This document shows, piece after piece, positions 1 through 10,114 of a stretch of DNA of 64,000 nucleotides. Positions within the stretch are counted from its first letter, which is position 1. Each line of letters starts with the position of its first letter. This DNA comes from an uncultured Armatimonadia bacterium. GTDB lineage: Bacteria > Armatimonadota > Zipacnadia > CAVVLO01. The stretch spans positions 160,001-224,000 of the forward strand of contig CAVVLO010000005.1 in NCBI GenBank assembly GCA_963749155.1, in the 5' to 3' direction. A program made the translations under genes and the position numbers. A model generated the notes under the pieces. The model was not told where the DNA came from and ran no database searches. It was given only the letters and a program-made list of their open reading frames with translations.

Positions 1-842
1 ATATGGGTGGGACACCCCCGAGTATCTCACCTTGCACAAGCAGCTCTTCGGAGCTTTCGAGCAGCATCTGGCCGAGAAAGGCTGGCTGGATGAGGCTTAT
101 TGTTATTGGATAGATGAGCCTACTCCGGCCCAGTATGACTACGTGAACCAGGGGATGGACCTGCTCAAAGCCTCGGTGCCAGGCATCGCGCGCCTGCTGA
201 CCGAGCAGCCGGAGCCTGAGCTTTTCGGTCATGCAAATCTCTGGGTGCCAGTGTTGTCGGAGTATCGCCCTGAGATCTGCCAGGCCCGTCAAGCGGCGGG
301 GGATCAGATGTGGTGGTATGTGTGCTGCGGGCCAACCGCCCCCTATCCAAACAACTTCGTGGACCATCCTGCCATCAATCAGCGCATACGCTTCTGGATG
401 ATGGAGAAATACGGGGTCGAGGGGTCGCTTGTATTGGGAAACCTGTTGGTGGTGGGGCAAGGGGTACGAGTTGCGCTCTCCCTGGCAGGTACCGATGTCT
501 ATCAATCCCGAGGGCGGTTATTGGGGCAATGGCGATGGGATGTTGCTCTATCCGCCGCTGGCTGAACCAAGCAAGACGCCTCTGGTGACAGGGCCGGTCG
601 TCTCGCAGCGGTTTGAGTTGCTGCGCGAAGGCCTGGAGGATAGAGAGTATTTCTGGCTGCTTGGGCAGCTAATCGAGCAAGCCCCCGAAGGCGAGGCCAA
701 ACAGGCTGCCCAGGCCGTGCTTGCCGAGGTAAAGGCCTTTACCGAGAACCTAACGACATACCCCAGAGACCCCCAATTGCTTTATGAGTTGCGCCGCAAG
801 GTGGCGGAACAGCTCGAGCTGCTAGAGCAAGAGGGGCAATAG
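1..842 (+). CDS. DUF4091/GH123-like C-terminal domain protein (putative glycoside hydrolase); 5' end outside window; frameshift at ~428-430
   Basis: Motifs YWIDEP, WWYVCCGP, NNFVDHPA, GNGDGMLLYP and SQRFELLREGLEDREY are typical of DUF4091 proteins. ORFs 32..565 and 429..842 join as GVEGSL-YWET if one extra T in 'tcgcttgtattgg' is removed. Confidence 0.75.
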
Positions 843-856
843 GGGGGCAATAAACA

Positions 857-892
857 GGGCCGGCTCCAAGGGGAGTCGGCCCGTCTTTTTTT
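857..892 (+). terminator. Intrinsic terminator between convergent genes
   Basis: GGGCCGGCTCC-aagg-GGAGTCGGCCC stem followed by a T7 tract. Confidence 0.8.
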
Positions 893-908
893 CTACTGAC
901 CAGAGAAG

Positions 909-2707
909 CTAAACCGGGGTCTGGCCCTCCAGCGCCTTGGAGAACTGCATCTCATACAAGCGCTTGTAGGTACCGCCCTCTTCCAGCAGTTCCTCGTGTC
1001 GGCCCGCCTGACCTACCAGGCCATCCTCGATGACCAGTATCTGGTCGGCATTGAGGATGGTCGAAAGCCTATGGGCAATGGCGAAGGTGGTGCGGTTCTG
1101 CATCAGGTTATCCAGGGCTTCCTGGATGAGTCGCTCGGACTCGGTGTCGAGTGCCGAGGTCGCTTCATCGAGGATAAGCACCTTGGGATTGCGCAGGATG
1201 GCGCGCGCGATCGCGATGCGCTGCCTCTGGCCGCCTGACAGACGGGTGCCCCGTTCGCCTATCTCGGTGTCATACTTGTGAGGCATCTCCATTATGAAAT
1301 CATGACAGTTGGCGGCGATTGCGGCCTCCAGCAACTCGTCTTCGGAGGCCTCCGGGGCGCCGTACATAATGTTTTCGCGTAGCGTACCACTGAAGAGATA
1401 GGTATCTTGAAGCACCATACCTATCTGACGCCGCAGACTGGAGAGTTTTATGTCCTTCAGGTCGTGCCCATCAAGCAGGATGGCGCCTCTTTCAGGGTCG
1501 TAGAAGCGCGGGATAAGGCTGACGACGGTACTTTTGCCACCACCAGAGGGGCCAACCAGCGCGGTCACCGTGCCTGCTGGCGAGGTGAAACTGATGTCCT
1601 TGAGTACTGGCTCGCCAGGCTCATAACTGAACCAGACATTGCGGAAGGCGATTTCGCCCCGTACTCGAGCCGGATCGAAGATGATGGCTTTCGGCTTGTC
1701 GATGACCTCGGGCTGCGTGTCCAGCAGCTCGAAGATACGGTCTACCGCCGCAAGTGCCGCCTGGATGTTGGCGTTGATGGTCACAAGTGTCAGGATAGGA
1801 CCGAAGAGCATACCAGCATAAGAGTTGAAGGCAAGCAGCTTGGGTAAATTCATCTCGCCCGCAAGGACCAGCACCCCGCCGTACCACAGGATGAAGAGGC
1901 TGCGCCGCGGTACCGAGCAGGCTGGCTATGAGCCAAAGTACCACGTTGAGCTTGGTCATCCTGATAGCCAAGCCCAAAGTTCTCGCGCATATCCTGCACG
2001 AAGCGGCGCGTCTCGGATTGCTCCCGACCGAAGCTCTTTACTACCCGGATGCCCCCAAGGCGCTCGTAAAGACTGCCATATATCTGGCTGTTCTTCTGCC
2101 TCGACAGGATTCCCACATTCCGGATACGCCTTCTGAAGAGCAGGAAGTTGCCGATGTAGATGGGCACTACGATGACCGTGACTATGGCCAGCACAGTATT
2201 CATATAGAACAGGAAGAACATCAGGGCGATGACCTGGGCTACGCTCATAACCAGGTTGGCAAGACCGCCGCCTACGAGCTGGTGCAAGGCGTCAACGTCC
2301 GACATAACGCGCGCCATAATACGACCAGTCTGATGGGTCTCATAATAGCGCAGCGACAGTCGTTGCAGATGACGGAACATCTGAGTACGGATATCGAACA
2401 ACACACGTTGCGCTACCACTGTAAGCGTCATATCGCGACTGTAGCTTATGGCATGACTGAGCAGGTGGATGACAATCATCAAGCCTATCCAGTGAGTGAG
2501 CTCAATCTTGAGTCTCGAGACTTCGGTTACATTGCCCTGTTTCAAAGCGACAAGCCCATCTGGCAAGATGCCCCCAACAAGCTGAGCGCCAACCCAGGGC
2601 AAGGCAATACCGATGGCCAGGCTAACCAGCATCAGCACAATGGCCTGGGCCATCTTGAACCAGTATGGCTTGACGAACTTCATCAATCTGCTGAAGTTAC
2701 TCTGCAT
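909..2707 (-). CDS. ABC exporter, fused permease + ATP-binding (MsbA/Sav1866-like); two frameshifts at ~1975 and ~1895
   Basis: TM domain in ORF 1850..2707. NBD in 909..1874 with Walker A GPSGGGKST, signature LSGGQRQR, Walker B ILDEATSALD and the H-loop. The bridging segment LAIRMTKLNVVLWLIASLLGTAAQ is in the third frame. Confidence 0.85.
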
Positions 2708-2833
2708 ATCTACTCCGCCCGGACCAGTTTTTTTACCAAGCCGGCACCAGCACGTGGTGATAATACCCTAGTTAGCCAGCCATTTCGACTAGCGAGGGCT
2801 AAACCCTTTGCCCCTTTTTGCCGACATCATAAA

Positions 2834-2871
2834 TTGACGGCAATTCTTGACCCCACCTATAATCGGGTCAA
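2834..2871 (+). promoter_or_regulatory. sigma70-type promoter of the glycogen operon, with an inverted repeat bracketing the -10 box
   Basis: TTGACG (2834-2839), 18 nt, TATAAT (2858-2863). TTGACCC (2847-2853) and GGGTCAA (2865-2871) form the inverted repeat. Confidence 0.6.
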
Positions 2872-2909
2872 CTAGGCGCGACCTGGGTCGCGTTACCGGA
2901 GGCAAGCAT

Positions 2910-3929
2910 ATGCCCGAACTGAGAAAGGACCCCGTTACAGGGACCTGGGTAATAATCGCTATCGAAAGGGGCAAGCGCCCTTCAGATTTTCAGTCCCCCA
3001 AAGAAGAAGAAACAGGCAGTTTCTGTCCCTTCTGTTACGGCAACGAACACGTAACCCCTCCCGAGATTGCGGCGTATCGAGATCCAGCTACCGCCCCTGA
3101 TACGCCTGGGTGGCAAGTGCGCGTAGTGCCCAACAAGTTTCCCGCGCTGGCTATCGAGGGAGACCTCGGCAAACGCGCCGATGGTATCTACGACCGGATG
3201 AATGGCGTTGGCGCGCACGAGGTCATCATCGAGACTCCCGATCACAGCAAGAGCCTGGGCGACCTGGAGCTGCCCCAGGTCAGAAAGGTCGTGCAGATGT
3301 ACAAGGAGCGCGTCGCTGACCTGGGCAAGGACCACCGGCTGAGGTATTCGCTGGTGTTCAAGAACTGGGGCCAGACCGCGGGTGCTTCGCTATCGCATAC
3401 CCACTCCCAGATAATCGCGACTCCCGTCGTGCCGATTCTTGTGAATGAAGAGATAGCTGGCGCGGCTCGGTACCGGGGTTTTCGGGAGCGTTGCGTTTTT
3501 TGCGACATCCTTGACCAGGACCTGGCGGACGGCTCGCGCATCGTGTTCGAGAACAAGTCGATGGTGTGCCTGACGCCTTTCGCTTCCAAGAGCCCCTTTG
3601 AGACCTGGATCCTCCCCAAAGAGCATCTGAGTGCCTTTGAAGAGACCGCCGATCTCGTGCTCGATGACTTCGCCGAGGCGCTGAAGGAGACTTTGACCCG
3701 CATCAAGGTTACTCTCGATGACCCGCCATTCAACTTTATGCTGCACACGACTCCTTACCACGAACACGGGTTGCCGCATTATCACTGGCACCTGGAGATA
3801 GTGCCCCGGCTGACCAAACTGGCGGGCTTCGAATGGGGTTCGGGATTCTATATAAATCCTACGCCTCCTGAGCAGGCGGCCGAGTTCCTGCGCGAGGCGC
3901 TTGCAGCAGTAGATGCGCCGACCCACTAG
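2910..3929 (+). CDS. galT: GalT-family hexose-1-phosphate nucleotidyltransferase (possibly ADP-glucose phosphorylase type)
   Basis: MPELRKDP start, ERGKRP, CPFC, VVPNKFPAL, GAHEVIIE, catalytic GASLSHTHSQ, AGFEWGSG; RBS GGAGG before ATG 2910. Confidence 0.85.
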   Translation: MPELRKDPVTGTWVIIAIERGKRPSDFQSPKEEETGSFCPFCYGNEHVTPPEIAAYRDPATAPDTPGWQVRVVPNKFPALAIEGDLGKRADGIYDRMNGVGAHEVIIETPDHSKSLGDLELPQVRKVVQMYKERVADLGKDHRLRYSLVFKNWGQTAGASLSHTHSQIIATPVVPILVNEEIAGAARYRGFRERCVFCDILDQDLADGSRIVFENKSMVCLTPFASKSPFETWILPKEHLSAFEETADLVLDDFAEALKETLTRIKVTLDDPPFNFMLHTTPYHEHGLPHYHWHLEIVPRLTKLAGFEWGSGFYINPTPPEQAAEFLREALAAVDAPTH

Positions 3930-3943
3930 TCTGGAGATGGGAC

Positions 3944-6253
3944 TTGCCTTTGGCTGGCAAAGAAGAACAAGCAACTGACCTGAAGAAGCGCCCTGCGGTG
4001 CTCGAGGCCTCTCTGTTCACGAAAGTCGTGGACTGGCTTGCGGCGATGAGGGCGATACTTCGTCACGCCCCCGAGGAGCTAACCTCCTGGTGGGTGGCCA
4101 CACCGGCCGGCGAAGTGCTGCTCGAGATAGTCAACGACAAAGAAGAATACTGGTGCTCGAAGGTCGCAAAAGAAGAGGGTAATCTTCGGGTCAAATGCCT
4201 GGAGCGGTTAGAGCTTGCTCACAATTGCCTGCGCCCTGAAGGCTGCAGTTTCCGCTGCGAGCAGGGAGGCATCATTAGCGCGGTGCCTATCCTGGTGGGC
4301 GAGGTGCCTGTTGCCCATATGGGGCTATGTCTAAGCCTGGCAGGTTCTGACCTCACTCCGGAAAAGAAGGCTTCACTGGAGACCCTCTGGACCGAGGTGC
4401 GCCAGATGCCATCACTTGAGGTGGTGGGTGATCCGGCCGCGCAGGTCCAGCTAAAACGCGCAATGAGGCTCTTCTCCTCGCTCTCGCGTATTGTCAGTGG
4501 CAGCCGGATAGAGGCCAGTCTGGAGTACCTGTCCGTACTGGCCGAGACCGCGCAACTGGTTGTCAGTTCACTGGATTTGTCGGAGGTACTCGGCACAATA
4601 GCGCGCAGGTCCAAAGCCTTGCTTGATGTCGATAACCTGGCGCTTTATCTGTTCAACCGAGGCCAGCAGGCCCTCGAGCTGGCTGCAAGCGCCACCACCG
4701 ATGCCGATGTGTCCGAACCTTCGATTGTCGCTGTAAGCAGAGGCATCACGGGCAAGTGTTATCAGTCGGGAGTGCCTTTTGGCGCGAGCGATATTGAAGA
4801 GAGTCCCAATTTGGAGGACGTTGACGTACCCAAGGGGGTCAGGTCCTTCCTCGCGGTGCCGATGCTGGACTATGGTGAGGTGCGCGGTGTTGTCGTAGCT
4901 TATGCGCGAGAACGTCAGGACTGGGACGAAGGGGAGACTCGCTATCTGCAAGCGCTGGGCAGCCTGGTCATAGTGGCCAGCCGCAGCTACCAGCTCAATT
5001 CGGCAGTGCGAAGGCGTATCTCGGAGCTTGAGACGCTGCACAAAGTCAGTCGTTCGATTGCCTCGACGCTTGACCTCAGGCGAGTGCTCGAACTGGTGTC
5101 GGAGGCCAGTGTGCGCGCGCTCAACGCCAGCGGCGCGCTGCTCTATATGTATGATCCGGCCTCGGGCAAGCTCAGTCCTGAGGCCGCTTTTGGGGTTGGA
5201 GAACACTTCCTTTCAACGCGTCAGCTCGATCCTGCAGCCGAACATGTGGCAATAACACATGATCCTCTGATAGAGCGCGAAGCCGACAAGCATCCCGAGC
5301 ACGGTCAGGTTTACCGGGGGCTGGCCAAGTCAGTATTATCGGTGCCACTTACAGTCAAAAACGAGTTTCTCGGCGCGCTGACAGTGTATGACCGATTGGG
5401 CGAAAACGGCGTTGTAGCGCCCTTCGAAGAAGACGACCTGCGCCTTCTGCTTACTTTCGCAGGTCAGGCGGCTATTGCAATCGAGAATGCGCGACTCTTC
5501 ACCAATGTACAACACGCTCAGGAAGCCGCCCGCAAGGCCGAGCTCGAGTTGGCCGAGGCTGAAAAACTGGCCGCGCTTGGCGCTATCACTGCCAGCCTGG
5601 CCCATGAGATACGTAATCCGATGGCGGCAATAGGGGGCCTTGCCCGCAGGTTGGTAAAACTGCTGCCAGCCGATGAAACCCATCGGCGGTATGCAGAGAC
5701 CATCCAGCAGGAAGCTTCACGCTTGCTGGACTTGCTCTCGAGTACCCTCGATTTCGCTCGGGGGCCAAAACCGAATTACGAACTCGTGCGGCCCGAGCGC
5801 TTTCTGCTCGAACCACTTGATCTGGTGGAAGAGCTTTTCGCCAGCCGTGACATAAAGGTCAAACGCGAGCTTGCGCCCAATCTGCCCGAGCTCAGAGCTG
5901 ATGTTAACGGGCTCAAGCAGGCCTTTCTAAACCTCTACCAAAACGCCGCCGAGGCTATGCCAGAGGGGGGGACGCTCACGGTGACCGCCAGGGCCAGCAA
6001 TTCGCGGCTCCAGGTCAAAGTGCGCGACACGGGGCAGGGCATTGATGAAGAACTGCTGCCCCGGATTTTTCAGCCCTTTGTCACGTCCAAGCAGTCTGGC
6101 ACTGGCCTGGGATTGTCTCTGGTCAGCCATCTGATTCGGCAGCATGGGGGCAAGCTGGATGTATCCAGCGAGGTGGGGAAGGGCACGGAGTTTCGTATCT
6201 CGCTGCCCATCCGCCTCGATATCGAACCTGCTTTTGCAACAGAAACAGGATAA
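3944..6253 (+). CDS. Cytoplasmic sensor histidine kinase (PocR-like N-terminal domain, 2x GAF, HisKA, HATPase)
   Basis: H-box LAHEIRNP, N-box NLYQNAAEA, G boxes DTGQGI and GTGLGL. Two GAF repeats (SSLDLSEVL..., STLDLRRVL...AAIAIENARL). Cys-rich FRCEQGGIISAVPILVG segment. No TM helix seen. Confidence 0.88.
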   Translation: MPLAGKEEQATDLKKRPAVLEASLFTKVVDWLAAMRAILRHAPEELTSWWVATPAGEVLLEIVNDKEEYWCSKVAKEEGNLRVKCLERLELAHNCLRPEGCSFRCEQGGIISAVPILVGEVPVAHMGLCLSLAGSDLTPEKKASLETLWTEVRQMPSLEVVGDPAAQVQLKRAMRLFSSLSRIVSGSRIEASLEYLSVLAETAQLVVSSLDLSEVLGTIARRSKALLDVDNLALYLFNRGQQALELAASATTDADVSEPSIVAVSRGITGKCYQSGVPFGASDIEESPNLEDVDVPKGVRSFLAVPMLDYGEVRGVVVAYARERQDWDEGETRYLQALGSLVIVASRSYQLNSAVRRRISELETLHKVSRSIASTLDLRRVLELVSEASVRALNASGALLYMYDPASGKLSPEAAFGVGEHFLSTRQLDPAAEHVAITHDPLIEREADKHPEHGQVYRGLAKSVLSVPLTVKNEFLGALTVYDRLGENGVVAPFEEDDLRLLLTFAGQAAIAIENARLFTNVQHAQEAARKAELELAEAEKLAALGAITASLAHEIRNPMAAIGGLARRLVKLLPADETHRRYAETIQQEASRLLDLLSSTLDFARGPKPNYELVRPERFLLEPLDLVEELFASRDIKVKRELAPNLPELRADVNGLKQAFLNLYQNAAEAMPEGGTLTVTARASNSRLQVKVRDTGQGIDEELLPRIFQPFVTSKQSGTGLGLSLVSHLIRQHGGKLDVSSEVGKGTEFRISLPIRLDIEPAFATETG

Positions 6254-6293
6254 GCTGGAAGCCCACAAGAGCTTCCCTTGAGGTGAACCGTGT

Positions 6294-6644
6294 ATGTATA
6301 GATTATTGGTAGTTGAAGACGAACCTGCCCAGCGTCTGTTGCTCTCGGACGAGTTGCGCGATGCCGGTTATTCGGTTACGGAGGTCGATTCGGGCGAGGC
6401 GGCTCTCGAGTTGCTCTCGGTTGAAGAGTTTGACCTTATGACGCTTGACCTGCAGATGCCTGGGATAAGTGGGCTGGAAGTGCTGGACGAAGTCTCGCGT
6501 CTCTGGCCTGACCTGCCGGTCATTGTCTGCACGGCTTATGGTGACAAGAAACAGGATTTCCGCAGTTGGGCCGCTAACGATTACTGGGTAAAGTCCGACG
6601 ATCTGAGTGAATTACTGGAAAAAATCGAAGCTGCGCTCGCTTGA
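6294..6644 (+). CDS. Single-domain response regulator (receiver only)
   Basis: LVVEDE, phosphoacceptor LDLQMPGISG, CTAY, WVKS; 116 aa. Confidence 0.9.
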   Translation: MYRLLVVEDEPAQRLLLSDELRDAGYSVTEVDSGEAALELLSVEEFDLMTLDLQMPGISGLEVLDEVSRLWPDLPVIVCTAYGDKKQDFRSWAANDYWVKSDDLSELLEKIEAALA

Positions 6645-6663
6645 GCGCCTGGGAGTGAGTCTT

Positions 6664-8106
6664 ATGAAGATACTTGTAATGGCCTCTGAAGTTGTGCCTT
6701 TCGCCAAGACTGGAGGGCTTGCGGATGTAGCCGGAGCGCTGCCGGGCGCGCTCAAGGCGCTGGGGCATGAAGTGCGCGTTGCGCTGCCGATGTATTCCGA
6801 GGTAAAGGCCAAGGGATTCGAGCTTACCCCGGTTGCCGATATCAGCGTCGAGGTTGGCGCTCTCGCAAAGCAAGGCGTCCTCTACGAAACCCTTGGTGAT
6901 GGAGGGGCGCCAGTCTGGTTGCTTGACTGCCCCGAATACTTCGAGCGCGAACAGCTTTACGGCTATGCGGATGATGATGCGCGGTTCGTCTTTTATCAGA
7001 AGGCGATCCTGGCCGCCTGTGAGCAGCTCGGTTGGCGCCCGGACGTCATCCACTGCAATGACTGGCAGACTGGCTTTGTGCCCGTCTTCCTCAAGACGAC
7101 CCTGGCGGACAGCGAGTTCTTCAAGGGCATCGGCACTGTCTACACCATTCACAACCTGGCCTATCAAGGGCTGTTTGGGGGCCTTGCCCTGCATCTCGCC
7201 GGGCTTCCTGGCGAACTCAACAGGCCCGAAGGCGTCGAGTTTTATGGGGGCGTCTCCTTTATGAAGGCGGGCATCCAGTTCGCCGATTATGTAAATACCG
7301 TCAGCGAAGGTTATGCGCGCGAGATTCGCACCCCCGAGTATGGCGAGAGGCTTGACGATATCATCTCGGCTCGGGGCGACCGAGTCGTCGGCATCCTCAA
7401 TGGTATAGATTACAACCTGTGGAGCCCCGAGACTGACAAGCATCTGGTGGCTTCTTATAGCCCTAAACAGCTTGCTGGCAAGGCGAAATGCAAAGCCGAC
7501 CTGCAGAAGACGATGGGCCTGCCCGAGCGCGCGGAGGCGCCCCTCTTCGGGATGGTAACCAGGCTCTCCTCGCAGAAAGGCCTGGACCTTTTCGAAGAGG
7601 CTTTTACCGAGGTGCTTGAAAGAGATCTGCAGGTAGTGGTGCTTGGTACTGGAGACCCCCAGTATCACGAATTGATGACGGAGCTGGCCACTGAGTACCC
7701 GACCAAGTTCGCCGTGATGCTTGGCTTCTCCAACGAACTGGCGCACAAAATCTACGCGGGGGTTGATATCTTCCTGATGCCCTCGCGTTATGAGCCGTGC
7801 GGTCTCAGCCAGATCATCAGCCTGAAGTATGGCACCGTGCCACTGGTGCGCAAGACCGGCGGGCTGGCTGACACCATTGCCGAATTCTCCCCAGCGGCCA
7901 AAGAAGGCAATGGTTTTGTGTTCTCCGAATACACCGGAGGCGCCTTTGCCGAGACAATCAAAAGGTCACTCCTGGCCTGGGAAGCGGGCGAAGGGCTGTG
8001 GAAACAGCTCCAGCAGGCGGGGATGGCGGCTGACTTCTCGTGGGAAGCCTCGGCTAACGAATATGCTGACCTGTACAAGAAGGCGGTGGAGGCGGCCTCG
8101 GAGTAA
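6664..8106 (+). CDS. glgA: Glycogen synthase (GT5)
   Basis: KTGGLADV ADP-glucose-binding motif, HCNDWQT, TIHNLAYQG, PSRYEPCGLSQ, TGGLADT. Confidence 0.96.
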   Translation: MKILVMASEVVPFAKTGGLADVAGALPGALKALGHEVRVALPMYSEVKAKGFELTPVADISVEVGALAKQGVLYETLGDGGAPVWLLDCPEYFEREQLYGYADDDARFVFYQKAILAACEQLGWRPDVIHCNDWQTGFVPVFLKTTLADSEFFKGIGTVYTIHNLAYQGLFGGLALHLAGLPGELNRPEGVEFYGGVSFMKAGIQFADYVNTVSEGYAREIRTPEYGERLDDIISARGDRVVGILNGIDYNLWSPETDKHLVASYSPKQLAGKAKCKADLQKTMGLPERAEAPLFGMVTRLSSQKGLDLFEEAFTEVLERDLQVVVLGTGDPQYHELMTELATEYPTKFAVMLGFSNELAHKIYAGVDIFLMPSRYEPCGLSQIISLKYGTVPLVRKTGGLADTIAEFSPAAKEGNGFVFSEYTGGAFAETIKRSLLAWEAGEGLWKQLQQAGMAADFSWEASANEYADLYKKAVEAASE

Positions 8107-8126
8107 TCCGGGACGCTCTCAAGATT

Positions 8127-10085
8127 ATGGCAGTCTTCCAGCCGGCGGCGGCAATTGGCAACGGACGCTTACTCGTCACGCTGGGGTACGCGGGCGAGGT
8201 GATGGGCTTTTTCTGGCCACGCCTCGACTTCGCCCAGCAGGCGCACGAGGTAATGCCTGCCGTCTGGCTGGAAGCCGACCAGCGCCTGCATTGGCTGTTT
8301 GAGCCGTCCTTCCAGCGTGAAATCCATTACCAGGAGCGCACCAATATCCTGGTCACGACGCTAAGACGCGATGGGCTCGAACTCCAGATCGAAGATTTCG
8401 TGCCTCCCTCGGCGCACTGCGCCGTCAGGCATTTCACCCTCACCAACCGCAGTCAAGCGCCAGTGGGTCTGAGACTGCTGCAATACTTTGACCTTTGGTG
8501 TGGCGAGGTTTCCGAGAAAAACTGGGTCTACTTCCATCCGGATGACAATGCCTTTATCCAGCGGTTTCGCAGTTATTGTCTGGTGGTAGGGGGCACCTCT
8601 TTCGACCATTACACCTGCGGAAAAGCGCCCTCAACCGCCGGCTTCAACGCGAAAGAAGACCTGCTGGATGGAAGCCTCTCACGTCAGCTCGAAGACCTGG
8701 GCGATGTGGCTTTCGCCTGTGGCTGGAACGTCAAGCTCCAACCTGGCGAAAGCGCTCGCAAGGTGCTCGTGCTGTCGGCTGGGCATTCTGAGCAGCAGGC
8801 GATGGCGTGTTTGAAGGGGGTTTTGGCGCGTCCTCAGGACCAGCTCCTCGAGGAGACTGCCGCTTACTGGCATAACCGGCTGATGCGTCCCGCGCCCCCC
8901 GACCTGCCAAAAGAATATGCCAGCCTTTACGAGCGTTGTCAGCTCGCGTTGCCCCTGCTTTGCGATGCAGGTACGGGGGGCATCCTGGCCGCGCCTGAAT
9001 TCGATCCCAACTATGAAAAATCGGGTGGTTATGGTTATTGCTGGCCGCGCGATGCCGCAGAGGTCGCCACCTGGCTCGCCGAGCTTGGCTGGGATGGGCC
9101 AGTCAGACGCTTTTTTGACTGGACCAGGGCCGCGATGCGACAGGAGGGCAGTTTCGAGCAGCGTTATTGGCTTGATGGGCTGCCAGCCCCAAGCTGGTGT
9201 AGCCGTGAGGGCACGATGCAGGTGGACGAAAGCGCGGCCGTGGTCGTCGCTTTTGGCCGCTGCCTGAAGTTGCTGCCCCCCGAAGAACGGCTTTCGTGGC
9301 TCTCGCGCCAGTGGGATAGCCTGCTTTCGACCCTCGGTTATCTGAGGGGGATGCTGGATGAGTCAGGCCTGCATCGCACAGCGACCGACTTGTGGGAGAC
9401 CTTCCAGGGGTCTTTCACCTATACCAATTCGCTCATATACGGGGCCTTCGCACAGGCCGCAGAGCTTGCCGATTTGCTTGGTGACACCTCCCTTGCCGAG
9501 GGACTGCGAGAAGAAGCTGACAAAATACGCCAGGCTGTGCTCCAGCGCCTCTGGGTCGGCGACCATTTTATCCGAGGGCTTACCCACACTGGCCAACCGG
9601 ACCTGGCGGTGGATTGCTCTGTACTTGGGGTGGTAGAGCCTGCCGGATTGCTTGACCTGGCTGAGCCAAAAGACCGCGAGCGGATGCGTAAGACCCTCGA
9701 GGTGCTGGAGGCCAAATTGGGAGTAAAAGAACCTTCAGGCGCCATCGGCCTCAAGCGGTTCGAGGGTGACACTTACCTCGGAGGCCCTGTCGGGCTGGTC
9801 AACACCGCCTGGGCCGCTCAGGTCGAGCTCAAACTGGCGCTTGCGCTGCTGCCTCACGAGCAGGAAGCCGCCGACCATTTTGTGGCGCTTGCCAGGGCGC
9901 ACCTGGATTTTTGCGTGGCCCATGCTACGGTGACAGGTTTATTGCCGGAAGAAATAGGCCCTACTTTTGATACCGCGGTCTGGGCTGCTCCCCATGGCTG
10001 GACAACCGCTTTGTTCGGGCAGTGTTGTGAGTTGCTTGTCGCATATCAACATCGTCGTGAAAGTCTGGCCGGTCTTCTAGCCTAA
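8127..10085 (+). CDS. Glycoside hydrolase family 15 (glucoamylase-like)
   Basis: GILAAPEFD, GGYGYCWPRD, QVDE, DLWE, GLLPEE (alpha/alpha)6 motifs after an N-terminal beta-sandwich (IGNGRLLV). Confidence 0.85.
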   Translation: MAVFQPAAAIGNGRLLVTLGYAGEVMGFFWPRLDFAQQAHEVMPAVWLEADQRLHWLFEPSFQREIHYQERTNILVTTLRRDGLELQIEDFVPPSAHCAVRHFTLTNRSQAPVGLRLLQYFDLWCGEVSEKNWVYFHPDDNAFIQRFRSYCLVVGGTSFDHYTCGKAPSTAGFNAKEDLLDGSLSRQLEDLGDVAFACGWNVKLQPGESARKVLVLSAGHSEQQAMACLKGVLARPQDQLLEETAAYWHNRLMRPAPPDLPKEYASLYERCQLALPLLCDAGTGGILAAPEFDPNYEKSGGYGYCWPRDAAEVATWLAELGWDGPVRRFFDWTRAAMRQEGSFEQRYWLDGLPAPSWCSREGTMQVDESAAVVVAFGRCLKLLPPEERLSWLSRQWDSLLSTLGYLRGMLDESGLHRTATDLWETFQGSFTYTNSLIYGAFAQAAELADLLGDTSLAEGLREEADKIRQAVLQRLWVGDHFIRGLTHTGQPDLAVDCSVLGVVEPAGLLDLAEPKDRERMRKTLEVLEAKLGVKEPSGAIGLKRFEGDTYLGGPVGLVNTAWAAQVELKLALALLPHEQEAADHFVALARAHLDFCVAHATVTGLLPEEIGPTFDTAVWAAPHGWTTALFGQCCELLVAYQHRRESLAGLLA

Positions 10086-10114
10086 TCGCTTCTCTTCTGG
10101 TATCATACCCGCCT

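Noticed and set aside
1928..2875. Long antisense ORFs (e.g. 1928..2875, 6574..7746, 23920..24807, 52686..53726, 17756..18475)
   Set aside because: Shadow frames opposite well-supported genes, expected in GC-rich DNA; no recognisable motifs.
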